NCBI GenBank assembly: GCA_964016885.1
Contig: OZ024742.1
Coordinates: forward strand, 83,452,001 to 83,516,000
Direction: 5' to 3'
DNA: 64,000 nucleotides
Origin: Eledone cirrhosa
Lineage: Eukaryota
The number at the start of each line of letters is the position of its first letter. Within the stretch, counting starts at the first letter, position 1. The notes under the pieces are model-generated. The model was not told the DNA's origin, did not search any database, and was given only the letters and a program-made list of their open reading frames with translations. Shown here piece by piece: positions 27,940 through 41,893 of this stretch. The position numbers and the translations under genes were made by a program.

Positions 27940-30800
27940 TATATGTGCACGACGGTTTCGTCACTCTGCGCGCATCTCAGACAGACTCGGCTGTAGAGCT
28001 TATCTCGAACCGGCAGCGCTCCCCGGTAGCACTGCCAGGCCAGGGATTTTTGAAAGTTATCCATCGGCCCCGGGCTGAAAGTTCTCCGGAAGAGAGCAAA
28101 CAGCTGATTTTCTTCGACGCCCAGGATCTCTCCGACAATGTCGTCGCTCTTCCTCTCCACCAGTCCTCTATATAACGCCGAGGTCGATGTTCCACCGATA
28201 CTGGTGCCCAGCTGGTAGAGGGCAGTGAGCGCCTGGAGACATTCCAGTTTCCAAGCGCTATCCCTCGGTCTTTTCCTGACCCAGGACTGCAGCTCTGTCA
28301 AGGAGACGAGCTGTGGGAAACGTGCCTGGCGAACGGCGACCACACCTGTTCACCGTCAAGGAAGCACCAGAGATGTCGCAGCCTCAGCGTAAGTTTGCGC
28401 ATCATCAGCCACGGCATGCCCAGTCTTCCACGCAACGGGTGTTGACAACAAATAGATCGTCTGAACATGGGAGCGCGTCCCTTCCACAAAAAGCGGAAGA
28501 GGAGGCGCTCCATTTTGGTGAGAGTTGGGCCGGGGCAAGGGACGACGGTGAGGCGGTAGCAGATGACGGATGCGATGTACGCATTCGCCACCTCCGCCCG
28601 GCCTTTCAGGGACAGCTTCCTCTCGGCCCATTTCTGGGTGAGGGAGGACACCTTGCTCGTCACCTCGCTCCAATTTTTCTCCATCTGGAGGTCCGGTCCG
28701 AACTAGTCCCCGAGCAATTTAACCGGACCGTCCGTCCAACGCCCCACCACGCTGTCGGACGGCATGGTCTTGCCTCTACAGGTGCCGAGCTGCAAGCCCA
28801 CCGACTTTTCCTGGTTTATCTTTGCTCCTGTCACCGCTTCGTATTCCTTGAGAGCGGTGCCGAACATCTGAACGTGTCTTGTGCTCGACAACATCACGGT
28901 CACGTCGTCGGTGTAAGCCGACTCGGATTTCCGCAACCTAGTTCGCGTGGGACTGTCCTCATCGCCTCCAATTTGGGCAGTAATGGCTCGAGAGCCAATA
29001 CGTACAAGAGGGGCGAGAGGGGACAACCCTGGCGGACCGAGCGCATGATGCTGAACGGCCACGACAGGTGACCGTTCACCCTCACAACTGAGCAGAACTC
29101 GCTGTATATCGCAGCGATCCAACCCCTAAAAACCGGCCCAAAACGGGCTGCCTCGAGGACCGCCGCCAGGTACCGATGGTCGACCCTATCGAATGGTTTG
29201 GATGGATCCAAGTTGATCAGGGCCCCACCCGTGTCAGGTTCCTTAACCACCCTCTCTATGATGTATCGCATGAGGTGGAGGTTGTTGTGTATGGATCTGT
29301 CCAGAATGGCGCATGTCTGCGCCTCTCCCACCAGACTCTTGATGAGAAGCGCCAACCTCGTTGCTAACTCATTGGCCAAAATCTTGAACTCTGCGTTTAG
29401 CAGGGTTATGGGCCTGAAGTTATCGATAACATCCCTCTTGTTCGGGTCTTTTCTCAGCAGCGCCACCGCTCGCCGGCTTACAAAACTGGGAATACTCCCG
29501 TTCTGCTGCCAGTTGCAGTAGACGTCTGCCAAGAGGTCACCGAACAAGTCTGGCATAAAAGCATGAAGCTCGTAGGGCAGACCATCCAAACATGGCGATT
29601 TACCCCTAGTGCAGTTAGCCATCGTTTCCCGTATTTCAGTGGCTGTTATTGGCTTTTCGCAACACTGTGCTGCGGTCGTCGAGAGCCAAGGCAGTCCGTC
29701 GCGGTATGCACCGAAGTCCATGCTCTGATCCGACTCGCCGCTGCTCCCGAACAATTGAGAAAAGTGCTGTTGAAAGGCCGCACACATCTGCTCGGGTTCG
29801 AGCAACATGCGCCCGTTTTTTTGATCAGGCAAAGACCGAATTGTGGACTTGTTGCCACGTCCTTTCTAACTAACTGTCCCTCTACTCTATTTTCCTCTAT
29901 CACTACTCCTTTGCTAAACCTTATCGATTCTACTCTAATAGCCGTTTTCAGGGTAAACCACCACCTGTTGTTGACGACCGCACCCGTCAACACACGCTTA
30001 ACTAATTCGTTAATCCCGTCTCTGTAAGCTTTGCGCGCCGGGAACGACGCGTTCAGCTCCAGTAGCCGGGCCCTTGCCTATGGAGTCTATCTAAGTTAAC
30101 TTCACAGATCACAAATTTGTGATCCGTGTATTCGACTACTTTAAATTGTGGACAACCTACACTAGCCTTATCTGTTTCCCTACAGAATACCATACCTAAA
30201 TACGATCTGGATGACCCGATGCGGTTTGCCCATATCCACATTGGCACATTCGGATAATCCAGTCTATACCTGTCAGACAGTTCAAAATGTCTGAGCAGGT
30301 TGTTGAGGCTTTTACACCCTCCTACCCTGTCTACTAGCCTCACATAATCTGAGTGTGCATCTAAGATACTGTTCCAGTCGCCCACTAACACTAAAGAGCG
30401 GGACGTTCCAAGAAAGGTCTCTAGACGTCTGAAGAAATCTGGCCGTCCTGCCCCTGTTGGGGCGTAGACGACTACTAGCCTGAAAGCATTGCCTTCGCTG
30501 CCGGTCACGTCCAACACCACCAACTTACCTTCTGGGTCCAGGAAGATGGCCCGTATGGTGAAATCCAAGCCTCTCCGAAAAATCACGGCAACCCCTCCCC
30601 CCGTTCCTGGACGGCTGGGAGATGCGTATACCTCGTAGCCGCCTAAGATCGGTGCGAAGGCCCGTGCTTCGGAGATTCTGCTCTCGCTGATGGCCACCAC
30701 ACCTATGTTTAGTGACCTGTGGTCGTTGAGCAGGTGACCCTGCGTCCAAGATGACCCCCAGTCCACGTACATTTATACTGCCTATTCTAAGTACGGCTAT
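27940..30800 (-). pseudogene. Tx1 ORF2 (APE endonuclease, reverse transcriptase, C-terminal CCHC), disrupted
   Basis: SINVRGL, ISE, VYAP, VGDWN, YTDH, GPGYW; FRPITLLNAEFKIL, FDRVDH, VRQGCPLSPLLY, YTDD; CLRC..DETVVH; spread over several frames. Confidence 0.93.
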
Positions 30801-30991
30801 GTTGGATGAGAAACGGGGTAAGTGAGAAAGGATCACTTACCTTGATCATGTGGTGAAGGGACAGTAGAACCGTCCCTTTGGCTGGTCATGGGTGTGTCGA
30901 AGAGGATGTCGGTGTATATCCTCTTTGTAACCGACCCTCTGAAGACCCTGGGAATTTTTGCTTTAAAAGTTTGTAATGTTCTATTGAGATT

Positions 30992-32789
30992 TCAATGATG
31001 CTTATGGTTGTCGGGAGAGTTCTTGGTGTTGGTGGGGTGTAGTGTTTTTTTTTTTGTGATGTCCGTGTGCTGCTTTATGTTTTGTGGGAGTTCTTTATTT
31101 CCCATGTTTATGGCTGTGTACTTTTTGGGGGGAGGGGCGATTTTGTTGCTGTTTTCTTGTTGTTGCTGTTTGGTGTGTGTGTTTTGTTTTGTTTGCGTTG
31201 TTGGTGTTTTTGGTGATGCTGGTGGTGGTGTGGTTGTTGTTGGCGGTGGTGCTTGTGGTTGTGATGGCGATGGTGGTGGTGTTGCTGCAAGTCCTCTTGC
31301 AGCCTTTACCCATCTTTGTCTGCCTTCGCTTTTGGAGGGTGAAACTAAGGGGTTTTTCTTTTTTCTTTTTTGTGACAGACAGTTTGCCACACCCTCCCGC
31401 CTCACACTCCATGTCGGACCTCGCGGCGTCCGGGAGGGGCATGAGCTCCACTGTTGATGGTAGTGGAGCCCGCTCCGACGATTTTACCGCCGGCGTAGCT
31501 ACTGCGACTGTTGGTGTTGCCGCCACTTCTGCCGTTGCTCTACTTGTCCGTGGCCTTGATATCGATGCCACGGACGTTGCTATCCTACTCACCATGGAAG
31601 GGTCTTCTGCCTCTGTTGCCTACCCTGCACTTGGTAGCAGCGGATCAGGCGTCAGAAGGAGGGGGCCCTCTTCTTGGAAGTCTTCTGCGGGCAGAAGGCC
31701 CTGAGGTGACCCTTCTTCCCACAGAGATAGCACTTTGGGCGCCTTCCTTCCACGCTTATAGGGAGATAGAGCCCTTCTTCGAGGTCTATGAGGTCTGGGA
31801 TGGCCTCGATGCACTCCTGGTCAGTCAGTATTAGCATTTGCATGCCTATTCCTGACCAGTTCTCTCTTCCCATTCTCTGTATTTGTAATATGGTGGTCTT
31901 CTCCTTGATTCCTGCCAGTACAGACGCGGCCAGCCAAGGTATGGGCACGTCGGGCGGAATCTGGGTCATTTTGACCCTCACAATTTTCTGCCCGCAGTAG
32001 GAGGGCACCAAGACTATCTCCTCACTCTTTAGGGTTTCCAAAGAGTGAGACTTCGTATCTTGGGGGGTGGCGAAAAGTACGTCTACTGTGATGTGGGTTT
32101 TACGTGCCCAGACGCACCTCTCGGCCTTTGGGATTTGAGCCTCCGTGGCTCTCTCCACCCGATGCGACATTTTGCTTACGGTGTGGTAAGTCACCGTGCG
32201 CAGTTGCTGGTCTTTGAAGAAATCGGGTGGAGGTTTCAGGGAAACTCTGTTGTCGTTTCTTGACACTATGGCTCTTGCGACTGCCATCTCCTCCTCAGTG
32301 ACTAGCACTGTTTCTATATTTGGGGCCACACCTGCGAAAGAAGTGGCCCCTTTTTCAGCGGCACTATTATTGCTGCTGCTACTGGTCTTGTTGTTGGTTT
32401 TGTTGCTGTTGCTACTGCTACGAACGGTGTTGTTGGTGTTGTTGATGTTATCACTGTTGTAGTTGGTTGTGTTTTTGGTGCCACCGTTGTTGTTGTTTTC
32501 GGTGCAATTTGTATTGTTGCTGTTAGTGTTGTCGTTGTTTATTTTCTTGTTAGTGGTGTTAATATCGTTGTTGCATTTGTTGTCATTTTTTGTGTTGTAT
32601 GTATTTTGGTTGACGCTGTTATTGTTGTAGTTAGTGTGATAAATTTTTAGAAATTAGTGTTCTCAGTGTTGTCTTTGTTCTCGCTGTTTGTGGTGGTGTT
32701 TGTTGTAACAATGTTTGTAACCCTCCTCTCAACTTTTACGCCGTTGTCAGACGACAGCAGACATATTGCTGGGGGCGTGGCTCAGCCAT
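30992..32789 (-). pseudogene. Tx1 ORF1 (gag-like), disrupted
   Basis: ATG at 32789; N/T/S-rich low-complexity tracts; VEGRRPKCYLCGKKGHLRAFCP (CX2CX4HX4C knuckle). Confidence 0.85.
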
Positions 32790-33003
32790 ATTTTTGTTTT
32801 TTTTAAACAATTTTTTTTAAAGTAAAATGTTCAAATATTTGGGCCAAAAGGCCCAAATATTTTACTTTCCCCTTCACAGGGCAAATTCTAAGGGCTTATA
32901 TCCCTTACACACCAAGAAATATTTAACAACAAATAATTTTAACATGTAAATAAAGCGACTTACTGGGCACGAGAAAAAAGCGTCCGAACAGACCGATAAT
33001 AAT

Positions 33004-33133
33004 AATTGTTTCTACTTTTGGCACAAGGCTAGCAAATTACCCAGTACATTACTGGTACTTTATTTTATCGAACTCGTAAGGATGAAAGGCAAAGTTAACC
33101 TCGGCGGGATTTGAACTTAGAATGACAAGGACC
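33004..33133 (-). mobile_element. SINE S1, 5'-truncated
   Basis: Central block and tail. Confidence 0.88.
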
Positions 33134-33149
33134 GTATATATACATATAC

Positions 33150-33158
33150 CTATGTGTT

Positions 33159-33190
<32 letters not shown>

Positions 33191-33657
33191 AGTATGTGTA
33201 TGTGTATGCATATTTTTTGTAAGTAGGTGTATGCATATGTATGTGTATGTGCAATTGCGTATGTATATTAGATGTGTATATGCGCGAGTATATATTATAT
33301 ACTTTAATTTGTATTACTACTATATATTTTGTTTTTTTAATTTCCGTCAAAGTCGGCCGTAAAATCGCTCGGTATGCAAATGAGGCTAATCAGCCGATGT
33401 ATATTTGAGAATACTATGTATTTTCAACAGTTTCAGTGGGTAGCTGCGAAGAGAGTACAAAATCTTGATAAGAAGCAAAACAATCCGAAACAATCTTCGA
33501 TTGCTTGCTCTCAGCTACGGCTGGAAGAAAACGATGACGTTGGTTATCTAACACGTAGTGTTTATGAGGCTGTTTTTTTGCTAACAAACCGAATATTAAT
33601 AATATTATGATTTTATTATAATATTATTTTATTCATTCACGAATACATACATACATC

Positions 33658-33720
<63 letters not shown>

Positions 33721-34275
33721 TGGCTGCCAACTCGTTTTCGAGTACGGCCACTACTTTATATCCATGTAGGAGAACCCCTACCGATGCGCTGAACGAGTGT
33801 GACATTTTAGTCCAGCCAGCGACCTGAAAACTCTGGTACAAACACTACACTTGTTACAATTATTAACACATAGTGCTGGGTCCATGGTACCATGTGACGA
33901 CAAGTGCAGAGAGATCCAGATATAAAACAATGCCTGTGCCGTGAAGCTTTTATAGTGAGCAAAGGCACTGCACAAAGCCAGTCCCACTCTCTTAACCAAG
34001 ATGATATTTACCAAAAAGAACAAGTCAACATCATTGGATACCATCAGGGATGCAGGTGTTATATCAGAGTTTTTCTTCTCCTAGAATTCTGCCTTGACAA
34101 AGGCTAAGGGGTCATCTCTCCCGGTATGTATATATATATAAGTAGTAGTAATACAGATTAAAGTATATACATATATACTCGCGCATATACACATGTAATA
34201 TACATACGCAATTGCACAAACACATACATGTGCATACACCTACTTACAAAAAATATGCATACACATACACATACT

Positions 34276-34317
<42 letters not shown>

Positions 34318-34335
34318 AACACATAAACACAAGTA
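33150..34335. repeat. Inverted repeat pair (~33150-33322 and ~34141-34335)
   Basis: gcatattttttgtaagtaggtgtatgca...gcaattgcgtatgtatatta..gcgcgagtatata is reverse-complemented at 34170-34260. Confidence 0.88.
33718..34110 (-). mobile_element. Probable RTE-type LINE 3' end with terminal C2H2 finger
   Basis: CSVCTRVFRSLAGLKCHTRSAHR* followed by a short 3' UTR running into (TA)n. Confidence 0.55.
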
Positions 34336-34634
34336 TATGTATATATATATATATATATAAATATATACACATATATATATGTACATATACACATACATAC
34401 ACATACATACATATAAGATATGTATACATATACATATATAAATAAATAAGTATATGTATGCAGAAATTTCTGCGAGCACGTGCAAGTGCACGTGTGGTTA
34501 CATGTGTACATACACACAAGTACTATATCCTCGTTTAAGCAGGCTTCCACAATATAGACGTGCCGAAAAATAAATTGACAGCACATGTCACAACAGCCTA
34601 AAGCTCGACTACATTCAACATTAAAATACGGTCA

Positions 34635-35788
34635 ATGTACTATTAACTGGGATAGTAAAGAGTACTAATGTACTATTAGCTGGGATAGTAAAAAGTACTA
34701 ATGTACTATTAGCTGGGAAAGTAAAGAGTACTAATGTACTATTAACTGGGATAGTAAAAAGTACTAATGAACTATTAACTGGGAAAGTAAAGAGTACAAA
34801 TGTACAATTAACTGGGAAAGTAAGGAGTAGTAATGTACAATTAACTGGGAAAGTAAAGAGTAGTAATGTACTATTAGCTGGGAAAGTAAAGAGTAGTAAT
34901 GTACTATTAGCTGGGAAAGTAAAAAGTACTAATGAACTATTAACTGGGAAAGTAAAGAGTACAAATGTACAATTAACTGGGAAAGTAAGGAGTAGTAATG
35001 TACTATTAGCTGGGAAAGTAAAGAGTAAAATGTACAATTAACTGGGAAAGTAAAGAGTACTAATGTACTATTAGCTGGGAAAGTAAAGAGTAGTAATGTA
35101 CTATTAGCTGGGAAAGTAAAGAGTACTAATGTACTATTAGCTGGGAAAGTAAAGAGTAGTAATGTACAATTAACTGGGAAAGTAAAGAGTAGTAATGTAC
35201 TATTAGCTGGGAAAGTAAGGAGTAGTAATGTACTATTAGCTGGGAAAGTAAGGAGTAGTAATGTACTATTAGCTGGGAAAGTAAAGAGTAGTAATGTACA
35301 ATTAACTGGGAAAGTAAGGAGTAGTAATGTACTATTAGCTGGGAAAGTAAGGAGTAGTAATGTACTATTAGCTGGGAAAGTAAGGAGTAGTAATGTACTA
35401 TTAGCTGGGAAAGTAAAGAGTAGTAATGTACAATTAACTGGGAAAGTAAAGAGTAGTAATGTACTATTAGCTGGGAAAGTAAAGAGTAGTAATGTACTAT
35501 TAGCTGGGAAAGTAAAGAGTACAAATGTACAATTAACTGGGAAAGTAAAGAGTAGTAATGTACTATTAGCTGGGAAAGTAAGGAGTAGTAATGTACAATT
35601 AACTGGGAAAGTAAAGAGTAGTAATGTACTATTAGCTGGGAAAGTAAAGAGTAGTAATGTACTATTAGCTGGGAAAGTAAAGAGTACAAATGTACAATTA
35701 ACTGGGAAAGTAAAGAGTACAAATATACAATTAACTGGGAAAGTAAAGAGTAAAATGTACTATTAGCTGGGAAAGTAAAGAGTAATAA
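34635..35788. repeat. 33-bp minisatellite, about 35 copies
   Basis: Unit AATGTAC(T/A)ATTA(G/A)CTGGGAAAGTAA(A/G)GAGTAGT, head to tail; ORF track shows 11-aa periodicity. Confidence 0.97.
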
Positions 35789-36299
35789 TGGTTAAAATTG
35801 CATTTTTAATGAAACTTTCAAAAAGGTATTAATTTATGAATAAAACTTACATTCGAAAAGTCATAAAACAACATTAAACATGAAACCGAAGAAAGAAATT
35901 CTTCCTGCTATCGACGAAATCGAGGGTGTATATTTATAGCTAATTAAAACCCTACATTTCAATAAACAAACGACTGTAATGCAGTAACATGGTGATACCA
36001 GAGAGTGTAACAGAAACAAAAACAACACAGAAATGCCATCGTATGTTTCAAAAATAGAAAAGAAAAACGATCACTGACATACGAAAAATGATTACTTTTA
36101 TAACAATGCTTATTGCATGTAAAAAGAAAAACTGCATTCCTCAGCAAAGATGAAAAATAAATTAGAATGTTTGTTTGGAGATAGTACAAACAGAATTCTT
36201 CAATAAAAATCGATCAGTCTCAAACAAGAATTGGGAGCTGTCTGTGAGAAACTCTTATATCAGAAGACGATCGCTGAAAGGAAAATGATTAATAAAAGA

Positions 36300-37330
36300 T
36301 TCAGCTGAAACTAAACATCAGTCTATAGAGATATGTGGGTCAAATCCATAAATCTCCCAGCAGGACACCGTCCCAGAAGGACACCGATTCCTTTTACAGA
36401 AAAATATAGGCGAGGAAAAGAAGTTCACCCAACATGCAGCGAGCATGAAAGAGTTATCAACGAACTACTGTCCCCCTGTTACACCGTAAACATACTGCAC
36501 CAATGATGATACCCGTGAGACTGTGATAGGAAAATTTCAGGATTAGAAAGTACCAGGAAGAAACCTGACAGTCGGTCACTTGCACGAAAAAACCTAACTT
36601 TCTATCAGATTTATTTTAATGTCTCCCAACACTATTAAGTGAGATACACATACTAGCAGAGAAAAGATTAGTCACACAAAACAAACAAACCCACTTGGCA
36701 AAACATCTACCGACCTATTAAATACCATAACCTAATGTATAAAATGTATGCAGCATGTATCTTATAAACCTATTCCCTCAAGCAGCTGGGAATAAAAGAG
36801 TTTGAGGGTATGTTAATTAACAAAACCACAATGTCAGACGTACGGTGACATCGGAGATACTTGGTTACAGTCTGGCTGGATTACAGGAAACCATTTGATT
36901 CTGTTCCCCACACTTCGATACTAGAGGCCCTTCAACTTGCTAATGTTCAAGATACCATTGCCATAGAGAATTTATCTTCTTTCTGGGCTACTATCCTGAA
37001 GTTAAATGCTGAGACGGATGACTATATTGTTACAGATAAAATAGAGTATCACAGAGCTATATATAATGTATCACGGAAACAGTCTTCCTCTGATGCTATT
37101 TACCAGTATAAACCATTGTCCTTTACGCCAAGGAAATATGAAGGTTACATAATTGGTTCTGAGGAGGCCAGAAGAACTAATCTAATGGCTTCTTTGTTGA
37201 TGACCTGGAACTGTATGACAAAAATGTAAATGGTATAAAGAAACATCTTGACGTGATTACGACATCTCGAAAGATATAGGGAGGGATTTTTGACAGGGTT
37301 AGAACTTCCTATATGATTGTAAAGCGAGAA
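36300..37330 (+). pseudogene. Decayed R4/Dong-type LINE RT remnant
   Basis: WLDYRKPFDSVPH, YRPI, LMYKM and DDLELY-like fragments. Confidence 0.7.
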
Positions 37331-37388
37331 AATAATTACAAACCAATCTAGTAACATATCTGTTTCACCAGTGTCTGATCGGAACTGC

Positions 37389-37590
37389 TACATACATGCA
37401 TACATAAATACATACACACAAACATACATACGTACATACATACGTACATACATACATACATACATACATACATACATACATACATACATACATACATGCA
37501 TGCATACATACATACATACATACATACATACATACATACATACATACATACATACAATCATACATACATACATATATGCATACGTACATG
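37389..37590. repeat. (TACA)n microsatellite
   Basis: Direct reading. Confidence 0.97.
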
Positions 37591-40544
37591 ATAATTGTTG
37601 ACTTGCTCTCGTATATGACTATCATTTGCGCCAAAGCCCTTTCTTTAAATATGCACTGTCTCCCCATGCTGAGCTCTCCCTATGATGAAGCCACACACTT
37701 CCATCGTAAGATGAAGTGCTTCACTTCTCAGACACAGAACATTTCAACATACTAGCCTGAATCATACGTGACCGAATAATTGTAACTGCTACCGTTTTTC
37801 TACGCCTTCTGACTGAGGAAAGTATAGACGTTGCAGCATTTTATTGTCGCAAATGCTTGTGAAACATCGATCACCGAAAGAAAATATATGTGCGTTTAAA
37901 TGTGGTTCCAAGAAGCCAAAACTTGATTTGCCCTCTGTGTGGTGGAAGGTTAAAAATATCAGAGATTAAAGAGGCAAAAGATTGCGTGACACGAAAGCGA
38001 CTCTCGCAATATTTGAAGCAACAATTAAAAACAAAAGATGGTCAGACACTACGATCACTTCAGGTTTCCGATAAAGGTATCCTTCTCTTTTGTGTATTCA
38101 TATATACCAGGTCACTTTTGAGTGCTACTGGTATCATGTAATACAGAACAGCAATAAATTTTGTTTGAACATTTTTTCCAAATATAGCAGTGAAATAAAA
38201 CACTCAACACAATTCAAGGAACACATTTATTCATATGATCAGTTGAGTCATATTAATAATGTATCCCAGCTACATCTCATGTGTCTGATTTACTCGAGCA
38301 ACATGGTAATACATGATAGCTATGAAATTTTCAATAATCAAGTTCGCGAAAATGATTTAAGATTAAAGAATATTGTCACTCATAATAGATGGTGACAAAA
38401 TATAAAAATTATTGTGAGTTTTGTTATTTTGTCTCAGACGAGCAATGTACTCCACACTTAATAAATTGCCAATCCCGCGTTCTTTAACAAGTTCTATTAC
38501 CGTATTTCATAAAGTATACACTCAATTTGTGAGCCATTGATATAATCTTGATCTCAGTTAATCTAGGCCTCTACAACAAAACTGCGTAAGGCCCTTTTTA
38601 AAGGTAACAGATACTGAGTATGGTGATCCTATAACAGTTTATTACCTTATTAAAGGGAACGGAATCAAAGACTGTTTTCGAAGATGTTGTGAATTTTGTA
38701 ACGAACGAGGGGATTCTGCATTGCTTTGTTTTTTAGCAATATCACAACGAGGCAATATAATGCTAATTTCGAACTTAGAGAGGAAATGAAAACTAGTTAT
38801 TAGATGAAGTGTTCGATAAAGGCTTTGACAATTAAGTTAGCGTGGTGAAAATCTCAGATAGTAAAGAAAGATGTCAACATTTTACAGGTTTAGATATGAG
38901 ATAGCACTTGAGGATTGCTACCACGTCTAATACGAATGAATATATAAATTATGTCCAAAAGATTTCTAATAACTTTCTGATGTAAATGCTGGTATAGGTT
39001 TATCCATGTTTATCTCGAATCTACTTTCCAACCAATATATGCAAGTCAATGCTTCTCAAATAAAGCTTCTATTCAAGTTAGACAAAGTTCAGTTGAAAAT
39101 GGAAATGAATCCTTTTCAAAGAGGTGTGGAATTAAAGATTCAATAAAGATATCCACAATCTTGAAACAGAATTATTTTTCATATGTCTCGTGTTGAAAAA
39201 GTCTTACTAAACATAAATTTAGGCATTGACACAAATAAAACTACAAATAAAAACTACATATTTTCAGGAAATATAAGAAGGAATAAAGTTTAATAAATTC
39301 AAATAATAAGAATAGATCCTATATCAAATATTGGATGTAAGCCCACCATTTAACGAAGACTGTTTTTACCGTGCAAAGTTGTAAGAGATTGTGATCGTAG
39401 GTTGAGGTAAAAAGCATTACTTCATCATTACTAATAATATTATTATTTTTCCTAATAGTCAGAAGAATATTTGTTGGCCATTAGGTAAAATGTATATACA
39501 GGAATGTGAAGAGAAATTTGTTTAGAGGCAGATGTAAGAATTTCGCCTAAAAAGATATAGGAAACAGGTAAATTATCATTAATGTTAAACAGGTTCAATA
39601 ATTTACGTATGTTTCTTATATCTTCTTATGTGAAATAACACTTTGCTCATGCATAGACAAAGTGTATTGATGTACCCTCATAGTATGTGGCACATCAGGA
39701 CAGTGAGCTCCATCGTCTCACACAAACTTGGAACATATATTTTACATTGCGTATTTGGCTGTGTTCTATATAGCTACCTATTTACCTACCTACATAAATA
39801 ACTACATTCATACCGTCGCACATATGTTTGTGTATCGGCAATATTTGCAAAGAAAGCACGAAATTTTAAATATATTCCTAAATATCTAAAATGATATATA
39901 CATTGTTTGCCGTCTTGGCAGAATTTAGATACAATCAACATTCAATGAAAATATGTTTGACTAACAAGTATAACAGCAAAATATCATAAATCTGATAACA
40001 TCTTACTTCATTTCTTTCAAAAACATCTGCTTTAATTTGTCCAAACGTTATTTGTACAAGTACGTATCTCGTATGGATGAATAATGTATCTAGGCATGCA
40101 TACATATATATATGCATCTATATATGAATATATGTGTGTGTATTTGCGTTAGTATATACTAACAGGGCTATGAAAAATCATTTAGCTATCGTTAAATATT
40201 TTAGTATATATACAATAATGATAAGAATATTAGGCACGCGCTATGTCTACGACGATTGCCTCATTCTACCTAGTCATTGATAATTAAATTGGGTGCATAT
40301 AAATTAAGTAGAATCCTGTGCAAAGCAATGTAACTCTATTCAGAAGCCCAGTTATTTGGCGCTTCATTACTCACATTGAGTCTTGGAATACGTTAATGGT
40401 ATACGTCTATGTTTAATATTCATTAACTTCACATTGATGCAATGAGTGCGCAGTTTACTTAATCGAAAAACTGGAATAATCACCGGTGAAATATTCCATT
40501 TAAACAATCATATCCAAAAGCACACACACACACATACACATACA

Positions 40545-40609
<65 letters not shown>

Positions 40610-40689
40610 TATCCAGATAGCCTCCAAAAGTAATGGTTGCATTTTAAAAGGGTACGTCAAAGCTATTTGTAAAACTGTTATATATTGTA

Positions 40690-40750
40690 TTTTGTCTGAT
40701 GAAGGCATACCATAATTTAATGTGGTATCCCTGAAATATGTATAATGAAA
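40690..40750 (+). ncRNA. Type I hammerhead ribozyme motif
   Basis: tttgt-CTGATGA-aggcataccata(atttaa)tgtggtatccct-GAAA-tatgta-TA-atgaa; lies in a ~185-bp island between two (TA)n tracts. Confidence 0.72.
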
Positions 40751-40791
40751 TAAATATGGTTTTATAAATATAGTTTCCATTTATTAATATC

Positions 40792-40860
<69 letters not shown>

Positions 40861-41034
40861 AAATTAGAAGATTCAGCGTACATACCTGAGGTAAAGTTTA
40901 GTTTAAATAAATACATATCCACGCACCGTTTTAAAAATTAGACCTTATATATATATAAATATATATATATACATATATATATATATATTTATCCTAAATT
41001 CTGTTTTCAAATCCATGTTAAATAAATATTTCTT

Positions 41035-41104
41035 ATTATTTTTTCTGATGAATGAAGACAGATATAAATATCTATCTTCAAGAAACCACTGGTAAATGAA
41101 ATAA
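41035..41104 (+). ncRNA. Type I hammerhead ribozyme motif
   Basis: ttttt-CTGATGA-atgaagacagata(taaa)tatctatcttcaa-GAAAC-cactg-GTA-aatgaa; lies in a ~200-bp island between (TA)n tracts. Confidence 0.72.
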
Positions 41105-41189
41105 TTATGTTATGTTGTTTATTACATAACTAAAAGGCTCTGCAGCCTACATAGAGCACTCTCTTTTACTTTAACTTTCCTACGGAAAT

Positions 41190-41240
<51 letters not shown>

Positions 41241-41242
<2 letters not shown>

Positions 41243-41560
41243 AGTATGTGTTGGTTGTTTACCGACACGTCAGTATGCAGGTTCGAGCACTCGACGAAGT
41301 ACGTAGGTTGGCTTGTTTACTCCGGAGTAATGTAAAATAAGTAAGTCAAACATGTTAATTTTGGCTTCGTTTATTATAATTCTCTGCTATATATATTTCA
41401 GTGACAGCCATTATTGGCTGTGACCTCATCAGGCAGTACGAATTAATGTAGAAAAAAAACAGGTAAACATGGTGTTGTAATGTGTTCCACTCTGTCAATT
41501 CAGCGATATGTTCAGCTCCTGGGTGTGCTGTTAGTCCTCAGAGGAACTGGAATCATATGA
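41241..41560 (-). mobile_element. Penelope-like terminal repeat, same family as 2946-3261
   Basis: Shares tgag..tgttggttg, gcactcgacgaagt, tactccggagta, the HHR and gaggaactggaatcatat; 3' end runs into (TA)n. Confidence 0.85.
41384..41436 (-). ncRNA. Type I hammerhead ribozyme motif, canonical core
   Basis: Minus strand: ctgc-CTGATGA-ggtcacagcca(ataa)tggctgtcact-GAAA-tatata-TA-gcag. Confidence 0.85.
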
Positions 41561-41842
41561 GCTAGAACAAACGAATTTCAGCGTCAGAGGTGTTGTGACA
41601 ACAACTGGAGGCCTTCACTCCCAGGTGAAAAGAAAAATACTATTTGGATGGCTGTTGGCTCTGCTGAGTTCCTCCGCCCTTTGTCAGGTCTTGTATTTCA
41701 TCCCACCTGGTGTCCAAATATCATCCACCTCATCAAGCTAGCTTGGTGACAATACCAGTTTAGTCGCCGATGACTCGACCATGAGACAGGTTGTACTGGG
41801 TTACATGTTACCAGTAACACTCGAGAGCGACCTGACATAAAT

Positions 41843-41893
<51 letters not shown>

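Larger units (their letters stand above)
27940..32995 (-). mobile_element. Tx1/L1-clade LINE, 5'-complete, 3'-truncated, frameshifted
   Basis: ORF1 with a zinc knuckle followed by ORF2 with APE and RT; the 5' end abuts the (AAT)n tail of a SINE. Confidence 0.93.

Noticed and set aside
33778-34044. Host C2H2 zinc-finger gene
   Set aside because: Single finger with no TGEKP linker, followed by a stop and a short UTR into (TA)n; fits a LINE C-terminus better.
34635-35788. CRISPR-like array
   Set aside because: Units are contiguous with no unique spacers, there are no cas genes, and the context is eukaryotic.
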